From: Candidatus Latescibacterota bacterium
GTDB lineage: Bacteria > Latescibacterota > UBA2968 > UBA8231
Assembly (NCBI GenBank): GCA_965203175.1
Contig: OZ241867.1
Location: 5,472,001 to 5,536,000 of the forward strand
DNA length: 64,000 nucleotides
Direction of reading: 5' to 3'
Position numbers and translations under genes: made by a program. Under the pieces are notes generated by a model that saw only the letters and a list, made by a program, of their open reading frames with translations, was not told where the DNA came from and searched no databases. Each line of letters opens with the position of its first letter. The first letter of the stretch is position 1. Shown here in pieces: positions 9,143-18,649 of this stretch.

Positions 9143-10154
9143 TGCACTATTCCAGTCCCTTTCGGCCAGCGACCGACGCGACGCTCTGGAAGTAGCCGCC
9201 GGTTTGAGTGGCCGTCGAGCGCATCTGCTGGAAAAAGACATCTGGGTCGTACAAACGCTACACGCTCTCGCCGGAACCCCGTTCGACAGGAATCTGGTCT
9301 TGAAGGGAGGCACATCTTTGGCGAAGGCGTATCACGCGATCCATCGGTTTTCAGAAGACATCGACATCACCCACGACATCCGCGCTTTTGCGCCCGACCT
9401 CGTAGCCGATGGTGGCGAGGATGCGCTTCCGGTCAGCCGCAGCCAAGAGCAACGCTGGACGCGGGCGATCAGGAGGCGGCTGGTAGCATGGGTTCAAGAC
9501 CGGGCGCTGCCAGCTATTGAAGCAAATCTGGCTCAAGCAGGACTCTCCGCTCAGCTTCGCGCTGAAGGAGATCGGCTGTACGTCGGCTATACGCCGCTGT
9601 TTGCCGACTATGGGTTCGTAAGGCCAGAAGTGATGGTCGAGTTCGGGGGGCGCTCAACCGGAGAGCCTCGCGAAGAGCGTTTGACCGAATGCGATGCTGC
9701 CGCCTTCATACCGGACGTCGTATTTCCCTCGGCCCGCCCATTTGTCATGCTGGCCGAGCGCACGTTTTGGGAAAAGGCGACGGCCATACACGTCTTTTGC
9801 CAACAGCAACGCCGTCGAGGGGAGCGTCTTTCTCGGCATTGGTACGATCTGGTCCGGTTAGACGACGCCGGCTATGCTGAAAGAGCGCTAGCCGACCACA
9901 CAGGTATCGCTTTATCAGTTGCGCGGCATAAGGCGATGTTTTTCCGCGAAAAGGACGCCTCTGGCAGTTGGATAGATTACGAAGCGGCGGTCTCGGATGG
10001 CTTGCAACTGCTACCAAAGGGCCATGCTTATGAGGTGCTTGCCGACGACTACGAAAGAATGTTGAGCGACGGCATGCTCTTCGATGACGATGAACCTTTT
10101 GACGACTTGATTGCAAGGTGTGCGGATATCGAAGAGAGGGCTAATCGCCGCTGA
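9135..10154 (+). CDS. Type IV TA toxin, AbiEii nucleotidyltransferase family
   Basis: EKDIWV, LKGGTSL.K, RFSEDID, ERTFWEK and SRHWYD motifs. Confidence 0.9.
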   Translation: MPDALFQSLSASDRRDALEVAAGLSGRRAHLLEKDIWVVQTLHALAGTPFDRNLVLKGGTSLAKAYHAIHRFSEDIDITHDIRAFAPDLVADGGEDALPVSRSQEQRWTRAIRRRLVAWVQDRALPAIEANLAQAGLSAQLRAEGDRLYVGYTPLFADYGFVRPEVMVEFGGRSTGEPREERLTECDAAAFIPDVVFPSARPFVMLAERTFWEKATAIHVFCQQQRRRGERLSRHWYDLVRLDDAGYAERALADHTGIALSVARHKAMFFREKDASGSWIDYEAAVSDGLQLLPKGHAYEVLADDYERMLSDGMLFDDDEPFDDLIARCADIEERANRR

Positions 10155-10194
10155 GCAACTTGAATTCTCCCAAGTCCGCCGAATCGGGCAAAAC

Positions 10195-10257
10195 CCGCAT
10201 CTCTCGCCCATCTTGACGCACCCCAGCAAAACGCTTATCCTCGTTGCAATATGTCAA
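10195..10257 (+). repeat. Direct repeat copy 2, containing the candidate uvrC promoter
   Basis: TTGACG (10213)-N17-TATCCT (10236), followed by the 19-mer shared with 8470-8488. Confidence 0.75.
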
Positions 10258-10273
10258 CCTGCATCGCTTTCTG

Positions 10274-12124
10274 ATGAAGAACCTCTCCGAAGATCTGCGC
10301 CTCAAACTCGACGCCCTGCCCAACGAATCCGGCGTCTATATTATGAAAAGGCGCGACGGGCAAATCATCTACATCGGCAAGGCCAAAAGCCTGCGCGACC
10401 GGGTGCGCTCGTACTTTCGCACGTCGGGCGGCGATGGTCGGCGTCAGTTCAAAGCCCTAGTCCGCAACATCGCCGACATCGACTACATCGTAACGGGCAA
10501 CGAGCAGGAAGCCCTCATCCTCGAAGCCACCCAAATCCGCACCCACAAACCGCGCTACAACATCCTGCTCAAAGACGACAAGAAATACCCCTACATCCGC
10601 ATCACCGCCGAGCCTTTCCCCCGCATCTTCGCCACCCGCGACGTAGTCCGCGACGGCTCGCGCTACCTCGGCCCGTACAGCAACGTCCGCGCCATGCACA
10701 CCACCATCGACACCATGCGCAAAGTCTTCCCCATCCGCACCTGCAACGCCCAGTTGCCCTCAGACAAAGTGCCGCTGTGCCTCGAATACCACATCAAGCG
10801 CTGCGAAGGCCCCTGCGAAAACCTCGTCTCGGCTGACGACTATCGCAAAACCATCGAGCGGGCCGTGCGCTTCTTGCGCGGTCAGAACGCCGAAGTAATC
10901 CGCGAGCTGCAAAAGCGCATGACCGAGGCCGCCGAAGACATGCGCTACGAGAAAGCCGCCCGCTTCCGCGACCAGATCCAAGCCCTAGAATCCATGCGCG
11001 CGCGCCAAAAAGTCGTCCTCGACGAGCCGGTTGACCGCGACGTCCTCGGCATGGCCCGCAGCGACGACGAAGCCTGTTGCAGCGTCCTCGAAATCCGCGA
11101 GGGCCGCCTGCTCGGCAAAAAGCACCACTTCCTCGGCGGGGTCATGGAGTCCTCAGACGAGGAAATCCTCTCGGTCTTTACGCGGCAATTCTACCTGCAA
11201 AGCGACTTCGTCCCACCCGAGATTCACCTGCCAGACCAGCTAGCAGACGCCGACGAGGTAGCCGCTTGGCTGTCGCAAAAAGCCGACGGCAAGGTCGAGT
11301 TAGCCACCCCCCAGCGCGGTGCCAAGGCGCAAATGCTCGACATGGCCGCCAAAAACGCCACCCAGATGCTCGCCGAACGCCAGCTCAAGCGCGAACTGAA
11401 GCGCGACCGCATCCCCCAATCGGTCTACGCCCTCCAGCGCGACTTGCAACTAGCGGCTCCGCCCCGCCACATCGAAGGCATCGACATCTCCACCTTCCAA
11501 GGCGCGAACCCGGTCGGCTCAGTGGTCTGCTTTATCGACGGCCGGGCCAAGCGCAGCCAGTACCGCTACTTCAAAATCCGCGACCTCGCGCAACCCGACG
11601 ACTACGCCGCCATCCACCAAGTAGTCCATCGCCGCTTCCGCGGCCTAGCCGAGCGCAACGAGCCACGGCCCGATTTGCTGCTCATCGACGGTGGGCTGGG
11701 TCAACTCTCCAGCGCGGTCGCCGCCCTGCGCGAACTAGACATAACAGACCAACCCGTCGTCGGCCTCGCCAAGCGCTTCGAGGAAGTCATCCTGCCGGAC
11801 CAGCGCGATCCCCTGCTCCTGCCCAAGACCTCGGCCAGCCTGCGCCTGTTGCAGATGCTGCGCGACGAAGCCCACCGCTTCGCGCTCAAAAACCACCGCC
11901 AACAACGCGCCAAGAGCGCGCTCAGTTCCACCTTGGACCACGTCCCCGGCATTGGCCCACAAAAGCGCAAGGCCCTGCTCGTTGCCTTTGGCTCGGTCAA
12001 GCGCATCGCCGCCACGCCAGCCGAGGAAATTGCCGCCCTCCCCGGCTTCAGCCGCAAACAAGCCGACGCCCTGCTCACCCATCTCAATGGCCCGGATCAT
12101 GGCTCGCCCGAAATCCACGCCTGA
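10274..12124 (+). CDS. uvrC: Excinuclease ABC subunit C
   Basis: GIY-YIG (GVYIM..IYIGKA), Cys cluster, UVR domain, RNase H-like domain (DIS, IDGG.GQL, RDEAHRFA) and HhH PGIG. Confidence 0.97.
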   Translation: MKNLSEDLRLKLDALPNESGVYIMKRRDGQIIYIGKAKSLRDRVRSYFRTSGGDGRRQFKALVRNIADIDYIVTGNEQEALILEATQIRTHKPRYNILLKDDKKYPYIRITAEPFPRIFATRDVVRDGSRYLGPYSNVRAMHTTIDTMRKVFPIRTCNAQLPSDKVPLCLEYHIKRCEGPCENLVSADDYRKTIERAVRFLRGQNAEVIRELQKRMTEAAEDMRYEKAARFRDQIQALESMRARQKVVLDEPVDRDVLGMARSDDEACCSVLEIREGRLLGKKHHFLGGVMESSDEEILSVFTRQFYLQSDFVPPEIHLPDQLADADEVAAWLSQKADGKVELATPQRGAKAQMLDMAAKNATQMLAERQLKRELKRDRIPQSVYALQRDLQLAAPPRHIEGIDISTFQGANPVGSVVCFIDGRAKRSQYRYFKIRDLAQPDDYAAIHQVVHRRFRGLAERNEPRPDLLLIDGGLGQLSSAVAALRELDITDQPVVGLAKRFEEVILPDQRDPLLLPKTSASLRLLQMLRDEAHRFALKNHRQQRAKSALSSTLDHVPGIGPQKRKALLVAFGSVKRIAATPAEEIAALPGFSRKQADALLTHLNGPDHGSPEIHA

Positions 12125-13025
12125 ACGCCCGCTGACAGCGGCCCTGTCCGTCCCCTGCGAGCGCTTCCTCAAGGCCATGGAGCGCGACAATGGGCTGGCG
12201 GCCAATACCCTCGACGCCTATCGCCGCGACCTCAACCGCTATCTGCACCACCTGTCCGCCCAAGGCGTCGAGCGCCTAGAAGCCGTCCAACACCAGCACA
12301 TCGCCCATTTGCTCCACTCGCTGCGCGACGCCGGCCTAACTGCTTCCACCATGGCCCGCAACCTCACCTCGATAAAGCGCTTCCACCAGTACTTGCTGCT
12401 CAAGGGCACAACGACGCACAACCCGGCCGAACTCCTCGATCCGCCCAAACTGGAGCGCCGCCTGCCCGACGTGCTGTCGGTTGAGGAAATCGCTGCTCTC
12501 CTCGCTGCGCCCGACCCCGACGAGCCGCTGGGCCAGCGCGACCGGGCCATCCTCGCCGTGCTCTACGCCACCGGCATCCGCGTCTCCGAGCTGACCGCGT
12601 TGCAACAGGAGGCCCTGCTGCTGGCGCGGGGCCTCATCCGCATCCGCGGCCGGAGCGAGCGCATCGTACCCATCGCGGCCAAAGACGCACGCACACTTAG
12701 ACACTACCTGCGCCAGGGCCGTCCCCACCTCGCCCGTCCCGACTCAAGCGACCACGTCTTTCTCAACGCACAAGGCGGTCCGCTCTCGCGGATGAGCGTG
12801 TGGAAGATCATCAAAACCGCTGGTGAAAAGGCCCGCATCGACAGGGAGATCAGTCCCCACACCCTGCGCCACTCTTTTGCCACGCACCTATTAGAAGGCG
12901 GCGCTAACCTCCGCGCCGTGCAAGAACTGTTGGGACACGCCGACATCTCCACCACCCAGATCTACACGCACCTCGACCTCAGCTATCTCAAAGAGGTCCA
13001 CAAGACTTACCACCCCCGAGGTTAG
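12099..13025 (+). CDS. xerD: Site-specific tyrosine recombinase XerD-like
   Basis: NTL.AYRRDL, YATGIRVSEL, SPHTLRHSFATHLL, LLGHADISTTQIYTH, HPRG terminus. Confidence 0.88.
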   Translation: MARPKSTPERPLTAALSVPCERFLKAMERDNGLAANTLDAYRRDLNRYLHHLSAQGVERLEAVQHQHIAHLLHSLRDAGLTASTMARNLTSIKRFHQYLLLKGTTTHNPAELLDPPKLERRLPDVLSVEEIAALLAAPDPDEPLGQRDRAILAVLYATGIRVSELTALQQEALLLARGLIRIRGRSERIVPIAAKDARTLRHYLRQGRPHLARPDSSDHVFLNAQGGPLSRMSVWKIIKTAGEKARIDREISPHTLRHSFATHLLEGGANLRAVQELLGHADISTTQIYTHLDLSYLKEVHKTYHPRG

Positions 13026-13766
13026 ATGGAGTCTCAGCTAGTCGTCGCCGCAGGACTCAACAAGTACTTCCCCTCTGGGGTCCAAGCCCTGCACGACCTC
13101 AATCTGGAAATTAGCCGCGGCCAATTCGTCTCCATCGTCGGCCCTTCCGGCTGCGGCAAATCCACCTTCCTCCGCCTCGTGGCCGGCCTCGACCAGCCCA
13201 CGAGCGGCGAGTTGCGCGTAGAGGGTCACGATCCGCTCGGCCTCGCCTTCGTCTTCCAAGACGCCACGCTGCTGCCTTGGCGATCGGTCGCACACAACAT
13301 CACCCTCCCTTTAGAGCTGCGCCACGAAGCCGCGGCCGAGCGCGTCGCCCAAACGCTTGAACTGGTCGGCCTAACCGACTTTGCCGAAGCGTACCCGGCC
13401 CAACTCTCCGGCGGCATGCGCATGCGGGTCTCCATTGCCCGCGCGCTGGTGACCCGCCCTCAAATCTTGCTCCTCGACGAACCTTTTGGCGCACTCGACG
13501 AAATCACCCGCCAGCGGCTCAACGAGGAGTTGCTGCGCCTGTGGCAGGAAGACCACTGGACCAGTCTCTTCGTCACCCACAACGTCTCCGAGGCCGTGTT
13601 CCTCAGCCAGCGGGTCCTCGTGATGAGCGCACGCCCCGGCCGCATCCTCGCCGACATCCCCATCCCGTTTCCCTATCCGCGCTCAGCGTACCTGCGCAGC
13701 GCCCCTGAATTCATCCGCATCGCCAACGGGATTTCGCGCCAACTCGCCCACGCCGACGACTCATGA
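13026..13766 (+). CDS. NitT/TauT-family ABC transporter ATP-binding protein
   Basis: [30 protein letters not shown]. Confidence 0.93.
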   Translation: MESQLVVAAGLNKYFPSGVQALHDLNLEISRGQFVSIVGPSGCGKSTFLRLVAGLDQPTSGELRVEGHDPLGLAFVFQDATLLPWRSVAHNITLPLELRHEAAAERVAQTLELVGLTDFAEAYPAQLSGGMRMRVSIARALVTRPQILLLDEPFGALDEITRQRLNEELLRLWQEDHWTSLFVTHNVSEAVFLSQRVLVMSARPGRILADIPIPFPYPRSAYLRSAPEFIRIANGISRQLAHADDS

Positions 13767-14545
13767 AACGACTGCGCTCCCTGACAACTAACATTCTGCC
13801 TCCACTGCTGTTCTTCGCCTTGGTCGTATGCGCTTGGCAAGGCGCAGTCTCGCTCCTCGGGATCGAACCTTTCCTGCTGCCCGGTCCCCTGCTCGTCGCC
13901 CAAGCCATCGCCGACAATTTGCCACGCCTGCTGTCGGCTACTCTGCTGACGGCATTAGGTGCCATCTTGGGCTTTGTCCTCAGTTTTGCCTTTGGATTCT
14001 TGGTCGCCCTGCTGTTTTCCCAGTCGCGCCTCATCGAGCGCAGCCTCTACCCCTACGCGATCTTCTTGCAGACCATGCCCATCGTAGCCATCGCACCGCT
14101 GATCATCCTGTGGATCGGCTACGGTCTTCAAGGCGTGGTGGCCGTCTCCTTCATCATCGCCCTCTTCCCGATCATCGCCAATACCACCGACGGCCTGACC
14201 CGCGTCGATCCCCACATCCTCGACTTCTTCGCGCTCAACAAGGCCAACCGCTGGCAGGTACTGTTCAAGCTCCGCGTCCCCGGTGCCGTCCCCCAAATGC
14301 TCGTCGGTGTCCGCATCTCCAGCGGTCTGTCGGTCATCGGCGCGATTGTCGGCGAGTTCTTCGCTGGCTACGGCACTGAAGACTTTGGCCTCGGCTACTT
14401 GATCATCCTTACCAACGGCCAAGCCAAAACCGACTACTTGTTCGCCTGTATTCTGTTTTGCACGTTGCTCGGCTTGGGGCTATTTACCACCGTGGGCAGC
14501 TTGAGTAATTTCTTGTTCAGACGCTGGACGGGCGCGCCCGAGTGA
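13763..14545 (+). CDS. NitT/TauT-family ABC transporter permease
   Basis: About 6 TM segments; P.VAIAPL, KLRVP.A.P, VIGAIVGEF, GLGYLI. Confidence 0.92.
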   Translation: MKRLRSLTTNILPPLLFFALVVCAWQGAVSLLGIEPFLLPGPLLVAQAIADNLPRLLSATLLTALGAILGFVLSFAFGFLVALLFSQSRLIERSLYPYAIFLQTMPIVAIAPLIILWIGYGLQGVVAVSFIIALFPIIANTTDGLTRVDPHILDFFALNKANRWQVLFKLRVPGAVPQMLVGVRISSGLSVIGAIVGEFFAGYGTEDFGLGYLIILTNGQAKTDYLFACILFCTLLGLGLFTTVGSLSNFLFRRWTGAPE

Positions 14546-14587
14546 AATGGCGGCGCGCCAACTACCACTACTACTAGGAGGATTCCC

Positions 14588-15556
14588 GTGATGTTCAAAT
14601 ACTCGCTCTTGGCGGCCTTCCTCGCGCTCGTCGCCTGCGCCGCAGAAAAAGAAGCCCCCACAGCCGACGCCCTACCCAAGGTCCAACTCGCGCTCAACTG
14701 GTTCCCAGAAGCCGAACACGGCGGCTTGTACGCGGCCGCAGTCCACGGCTACTACGAGGAAAACGGCGTTGAGGTCGAAATCCTCGGCGGCGGACCGGAC
14801 TCGCCGGTCGTCCAGCGCGTGGCCACCGGCGCGGTAGCCTTTGGCATAGTCAATGCCGATGACATCCTGTACGCGCGCGCCCAACAAATCCCCGTGGTCG
14901 CGCTCATGGCGTCCTACCAGATCAACCCGCACTGCATCATCGTCCACGAGAGCTCGGGTATCGACTCCATTTCGCAAATCAAAAACATCACCTTGGCCTT
15001 GTCGCAACGCCCGGCCTTCTCGCACTATCTGCGCTGGAAATACCCATTTGAAGGCGTCACAATAGTCCCCTATCCCGGCAATGTGGCCCAATTCCTCGCC
15101 GACGAGAATTTCGCCCAGCAGGGCTACGTCTTCAGCGAGCCTTTCGTCGCCAAGACCAAAGGTGGCGATCCCAAGGCCCTGCTCGTAGCCGACACCGGTT
15201 TCAATCCCTATGCCAGCGTGCTCATCACCACCGAAGAGCGCATTGCCGCCGAGCCTGAACTCGTCGGTGCCGTAGTCCGCGCCAGTGTCAAAGGCTGGGA
15301 GAAATACCTCGCTGAGCCAGAGGCGACCAACCGCCATATCAACAGCCTCAACCCCGAGATGGGTATGGACATTCTCGCCTATGGGGCCGCCGAATCTATG
15401 GACATGGTTCTCGACCCAGTCGCCCAACAAAACGGCCTCGGCAGCATGACCTTGGAGCGCTGGCAGAAGCTATTGGAACAAATGGTGACCGTTGGCCTGA
15501 TCAAAGAGGATGTAGTGGACCCCACCGCGGTCTTCACCAACCGCTTCTTGCCCTAG
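14588..15556 (+). CDS. NMT1/THI5-like ABC substrate-binding lipoprotein
   Basis: Lipobox LVAC; LNWFPEAEHGG.YAA..GYY.E.G.EVEI..GGP. Confidence 0.88.
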   Translation: MMFKYSLLAAFLALVACAAEKEAPTADALPKVQLALNWFPEAEHGGLYAAAVHGYYEENGVEVEILGGGPDSPVVQRVATGAVAFGIVNADDILYARAQQIPVVALMASYQINPHCIIVHESSGIDSISQIKNITLALSQRPAFSHYLRWKYPFEGVTIVPYPGNVAQFLADENFAQQGYVFSEPFVAKTKGGDPKALLVADTGFNPYASVLITTEERIAAEPELVGAVVRASVKGWEKYLAEPEATNRHINSLNPEMGMDILAYGAAESMDMVLDPVAQQNGLGSMTLERWQKLLEQMVTVGLIKEDVVDPTAVFTNRFLP

Positions 15557-15559
15557 CCC

Positions 15560-16360
15560 TTGGCCTTTTTGCAAGACATCGCGCTCGGCCGCTACATCGC
15601 GCTCGACTCGCCGATCCACCGCCTCGATCCGCGCACCAAGTTAGGGGGCGTTTTCGCGCTAACGCTGGCGGCCTTTGCAGCGCCCAACGCACTCGCTCTG
15701 CTACTGCTTGGAGCTTTTCTACTGGTGGCCATCGCCTTGGCGCGGGTGCCTTTGAGCCTCATCCTGCGCCAGCTCAAAACCTTTGCTTGGCTCTTCCTGT
15801 TCACCTTTGGTCTCCACGCGCTGCTGACGCCCGGCCGCGCCGTCTTGCCGTTGCCCTTCTCCGATCACGTCCTGACCGCCGAGGGCTTGCGCTTGGGAGC
15901 CTTCTTCACCGCGCGGCTAGCCGCGGCCATCGTCGCTGCCACGCTTTTGACGCTCACCACCGCGCCGATGGAGATAACCAGCGGTTTGGAGCGCTTTTTC
16001 AGTCCCTTGCACCGCTTCGGCTTTCCGGCTGGCGACATGGCGCTGATGATCTCCATCGCCCTGCGATTTATCCCCGTGCTCCTCGACGAAGCCGAGCGTC
16101 TGCGCAAAGCCCAACTAGCGCGCGGGGCCGACTTTAGTGGCTCTTTTCTGCGCCGCAGCAAAAACCTCGTGCCCCTCCTCGTGCCCCTCCTCGTCGCGGC
16201 CTGCGGTCGCGCCGATCGTCTCGCCTTGGCCATGGAGAGTCGCTGCTACGCTAGCGGAGCCGAACGCACCCACTATCGCCCGCTGCGCTTTGGCCGCGCC
16301 GACGGTCTATCCGCCTTGGCTGCCCTAGGCTTAGTCGCGCTCGTGTACTTCTTGCGTTAA
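15560..16360 (+). CDS. ecfT: Energy-coupling factor transporter transmembrane component
   Basis: SPIHRLDPRTK, ALRFIP, AQLARG and AMESRCY motifs. Confidence 0.9.
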   Translation: MAFLQDIALGRYIALDSPIHRLDPRTKLGGVFALTLAAFAAPNALALLLLGAFLLVAIALARVPLSLILRQLKTFAWLFLFTFGLHALLTPGRAVLPLPFSDHVLTAEGLRLGAFFTARLAAAIVAATLLTLTTAPMEITSGLERFFSPLHRFGFPAGDMALMISIALRFIPVLLDEAERLRKAQLARGADFSGSFLRRSKNLVPLLVPLLVAACGRADRLALAMESRCYASGAERTHYRPLRFGRADGLSALAALGLVALVYFLR

Positions 16361-16365
16361 GGGCG

Positions 16366-17121
16366 ATGCGGACGCTGCGCTTAGTAATCGAATACGACGG
16401 CACTCACTTCGCCGGCTGGCAGAGCCAAAAGAGCGATCGCACTGTGCAAGATGCGCTCGAACAAGCCCTACACATCCTACTCAAAGAGCCAGTTCGCCTC
16501 ATCGGCGCGGGCCGCACGGACGCTGGAACCCACGCTCTCGGGCAAGTGGCTCATTTCCAGACCGAGGCCGCGCTGCCTACAGACCGATTGCTCCGCAGCC
16601 TCAACGGTCTATTACCCCCGGACATTGCCGTGCGGGCCGCCGACGAGGTCGCCGCAGATTTCCACGCCCGCTACAGCGCAACCCGCAAGCGCTATCGCTA
16701 CCGCATTCACCAAGGCAAGGCAGCCGTCAACCGCACTCAGGTGTGGACCTATTACTCAGAGATCTCCTTGGATCCTATGGCCGCGGCCGCTCGCGCGCTC
16801 TGCGGCGAACGCGCTTTTGGTGCCTTTTGCAAACAAGATCCCATCCCCGAGTACCTGACCTGCCACGTCTTTGACGCGGTCTGGTCCCAACGCGGCCCCG
16901 AACTGATCTTTGAAATCGAGGCCAACCGCTTTCTCCGCCACATGGTGCGGATCCTCGTCGGCACCATGGTCGAAATCGGTCGCGGTACGAGGCCGCCGGA
17001 GGCCATCGCCGACCTGCTCGCCAGCGGCGACCGCACCGCGGCTGGCGCTACGGCCCCTGCGTGTGGCCTCTGCCTGCTGTGGGTGGCGTACCCTGATAGC
17101 CTTAGCGCAGAAATGGCCTAG
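16366..17121 (+). CDS. truA: tRNA pseudouridine(38-40) synthase
   Basis: EYDGT.F.GWQ, GAGRTDAG.HA.GQ, FHARY, FLRHMVR. Confidence 0.96.
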   Translation: MRTLRLVIEYDGTHFAGWQSQKSDRTVQDALEQALHILLKEPVRLIGAGRTDAGTHALGQVAHFQTEAALPTDRLLRSLNGLLPPDIAVRAADEVAADFHARYSATRKRYRYRIHQGKAAVNRTQVWTYYSEISLDPMAAAARALCGERAFGAFCKQDPIPEYLTCHVFDAVWSQRGPELIFEIEANRFLRHMVRILVGTMVEIGRGTRPPEAIADLLASGDRTAAGATAPACGLCLLWVAYPDSLSAEMA

Positions 17122-17126
17122 CCTAA

Positions 17127-17432
17127 ATGCACAAAAAATTCCAGCGGCACATTGAAAATTTTACTTGCGGAAATTGTGGTTTTCCCGTGCAGGGCGATGG
17201 CTACACCAACCACTGCCCCGAATGCCTCTGGAGCCAACACGTCGATGTAAACCCGGGTGATCGCGCCGAACACTGTCGCGGCTTGATGGAGCCGGTGGGA
17301 TTTACCATCAAACGCGGCGATTATATCCTCGTCCACCACTGCACCAAGTGCGGCACGATCAAAAATAACAAGGCCGCCAAAAACGACAGCTTTGATGCGA
17401 TCCTGAATCTACGCGGCGAATTGCCAGATTAG
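17127..17432 (+). CDS. RNHCP-domain protein
   Basis: FTC..CG, TNHCP.CLWS.HVD..PGDR..C.GLM.P, H.C.KCG. Confidence 0.85.
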   Translation: MHKKFQRHIENFTCGNCGFPVQGDGYTNHCPECLWSQHVDVNPGDRAEHCRGLMEPVGFTIKRGDYILVHHCTKCGTIKNNKAAKNDSFDAILNLRGELPD

Positions 17433-17459
17433 CGATACTGCGAGATAGCTGCGCAATAC

Positions 17460-17489
17460 TTGCAACTATGTATATGATTATTATATAAT
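17460..17489 (+). promoter_or_regulatory. Candidate sigma70 promoter for the htrA-pssA-tatA-gatA run
   Basis: TTGCAA-N18-TATAAT in an AT-rich spacer. Confidence 0.55.
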
Positions 17490-17526
17490 TACTTAATCGA
17501 CGAAATTTATTTTCCGAGGTGCAACC

Positions 17527-18630
17527 TTGCACTTTATTTGCTCACTCGCTCTGCTGGCATTCGCTGTGAACCATGCCGGCGCGTCCATTGGGGAGTCGCG
17601 CCGCACGGCCGTAGTGCGGGCCGTGGAGCGGGTCCAGCCCTCGGTCGTCAGCCTCCACGTACGCTACCGCGAGCGCGTCCAGCATCTATACAGGTATCGC
17701 GGCGACCCTTTTTGGAACCTTTTCTCGCCTTTTTACTACGTGCCCCGAGACCAAGACCGAGTCTCCACCGGCTCGGGTTTCGTCGTCGATAACGAAGGCT
17801 ACATTCTCACTAATAGCCACGTGGTCGGCGATCCGCGCCGGCTACAAAAAATCACGGCCTCTTTGCCCGAACCCGACGGCCGCACCTTTGAGGCCCGCTA
17901 CGTGGACTCCGACTTCAACTTCGACCTCGCCGTCCTCAAGATAGATGAAGGCGATCTGCCGGTTGCGCCCCTCGGCACTTCAGGCGATATTCTGGTCGGC
18001 GAATGGGCCATTGCCATCGGCAACCCCTTCGATTTGGGGCCTACCGTCAGCATCGGCGTCGTCAGCGCCCTAGATCGCGACTTTTCCGAACCCCAAGGCG
18101 ATTACTACTACCGAGACATGATTCAAACCGATGCGGCCATCAATCTCGGCAATAGCGGCGGCCCCTTAGTCAATGCCGATGGCGAGGTCATCGGCATCAA
18201 CAGCTTTATCTACACCGGCGGCGAATACTCCAGCGGCTCCATTGGCATTGGCTTTGCCATTCCCATCGACACGGCCGCGAGCTTCTTAGAGGAAATTCGC
18301 CAGCACGGCCAAGTGCGTCGCTCTTGGACCGGCATCCTAGCCGTCCAAGACATCACCCCGCCTCTAGCGGAGTACCTAAGGCTCGATTCCACTGACGGAG
18401 TTCTAGTCGTCAGGGTAGCTAACGACAGTCCGGCCGAGCTGGCGGGCCTCGAAAAGGGCGACGTAATCGTCGCGGTCAATGACGAGGAGATCCGCAGCAC
18501 CGACGAGGCCATTGGCGTGCTGCGCGGCTTGCGCGTCGGCGAAGTCGCCGCGCTCGGTGTCGTGCGCCACAACGAGCACTACAACCTAGACCTGACCCTC
18601 GAAGAGAGTCCATACCGGACGCGACGCTAG
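17527..18630 (+). CDS. HtrA/DegP-family serine protease with one PDZ domain
   Basis: Signal peptide; TNSHVV, DLAVLK and GNSGGPL catalytic triad; PDZ SPAELAGLEKGDVI. Confidence 0.93.
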   Translation: MHFICSLALLAFAVNHAGASIGESRRTAVVRAVERVQPSVVSLHVRYRERVQHLYRYRGDPFWNLFSPFYYVPRDQDRVSTGSGFVVDNEGYILTNSHVVGDPRRLQKITASLPEPDGRTFEARYVDSDFNFDLAVLKIDEGDLPVAPLGTSGDILVGEWAIAIGNPFDLGPTVSIGVVSALDRDFSEPQGDYYYRDMIQTDAAINLGNSGGPLVNADGEVIGINSFIYTGGEYSSGSIGIGFAIPIDTAASFLEEIRQHGQVRRSWTGILAVQDITPPLAEYLRLDSTDGVLVVRVANDSPAELAGLEKGDVIVAVNDEEIRSTDEAIGVLRGLRVGEVAALGVVRHNEHYNLDLTLEESPYRTRR

Positions 18631-18649
18631 CGGCAGGAAGGATGCGAAA

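Noticed and set aside
11077-12135. Long alternative-frame and antisense ORFs (e.g. 11077..12135, 14672..15430, 29734..30477, 35659..36378)
   Set aside because: They overlap well-supported genes, have biased low-information composition (several Arg/Pro-rich), and are expected shadows of high-GC codon bias.
12099-13025. Prophage or island integrase
   Set aside because: Length, the HPRG terminus and embedding in a housekeeping operon fit chromosomal XerD.
12900-14588. TPP riboswitch for the NMT1/THI5 transporter
   Set aside because: There is no intergenic room (the ATPase starts right after the xerD stop) and no TPP consensus is visible.
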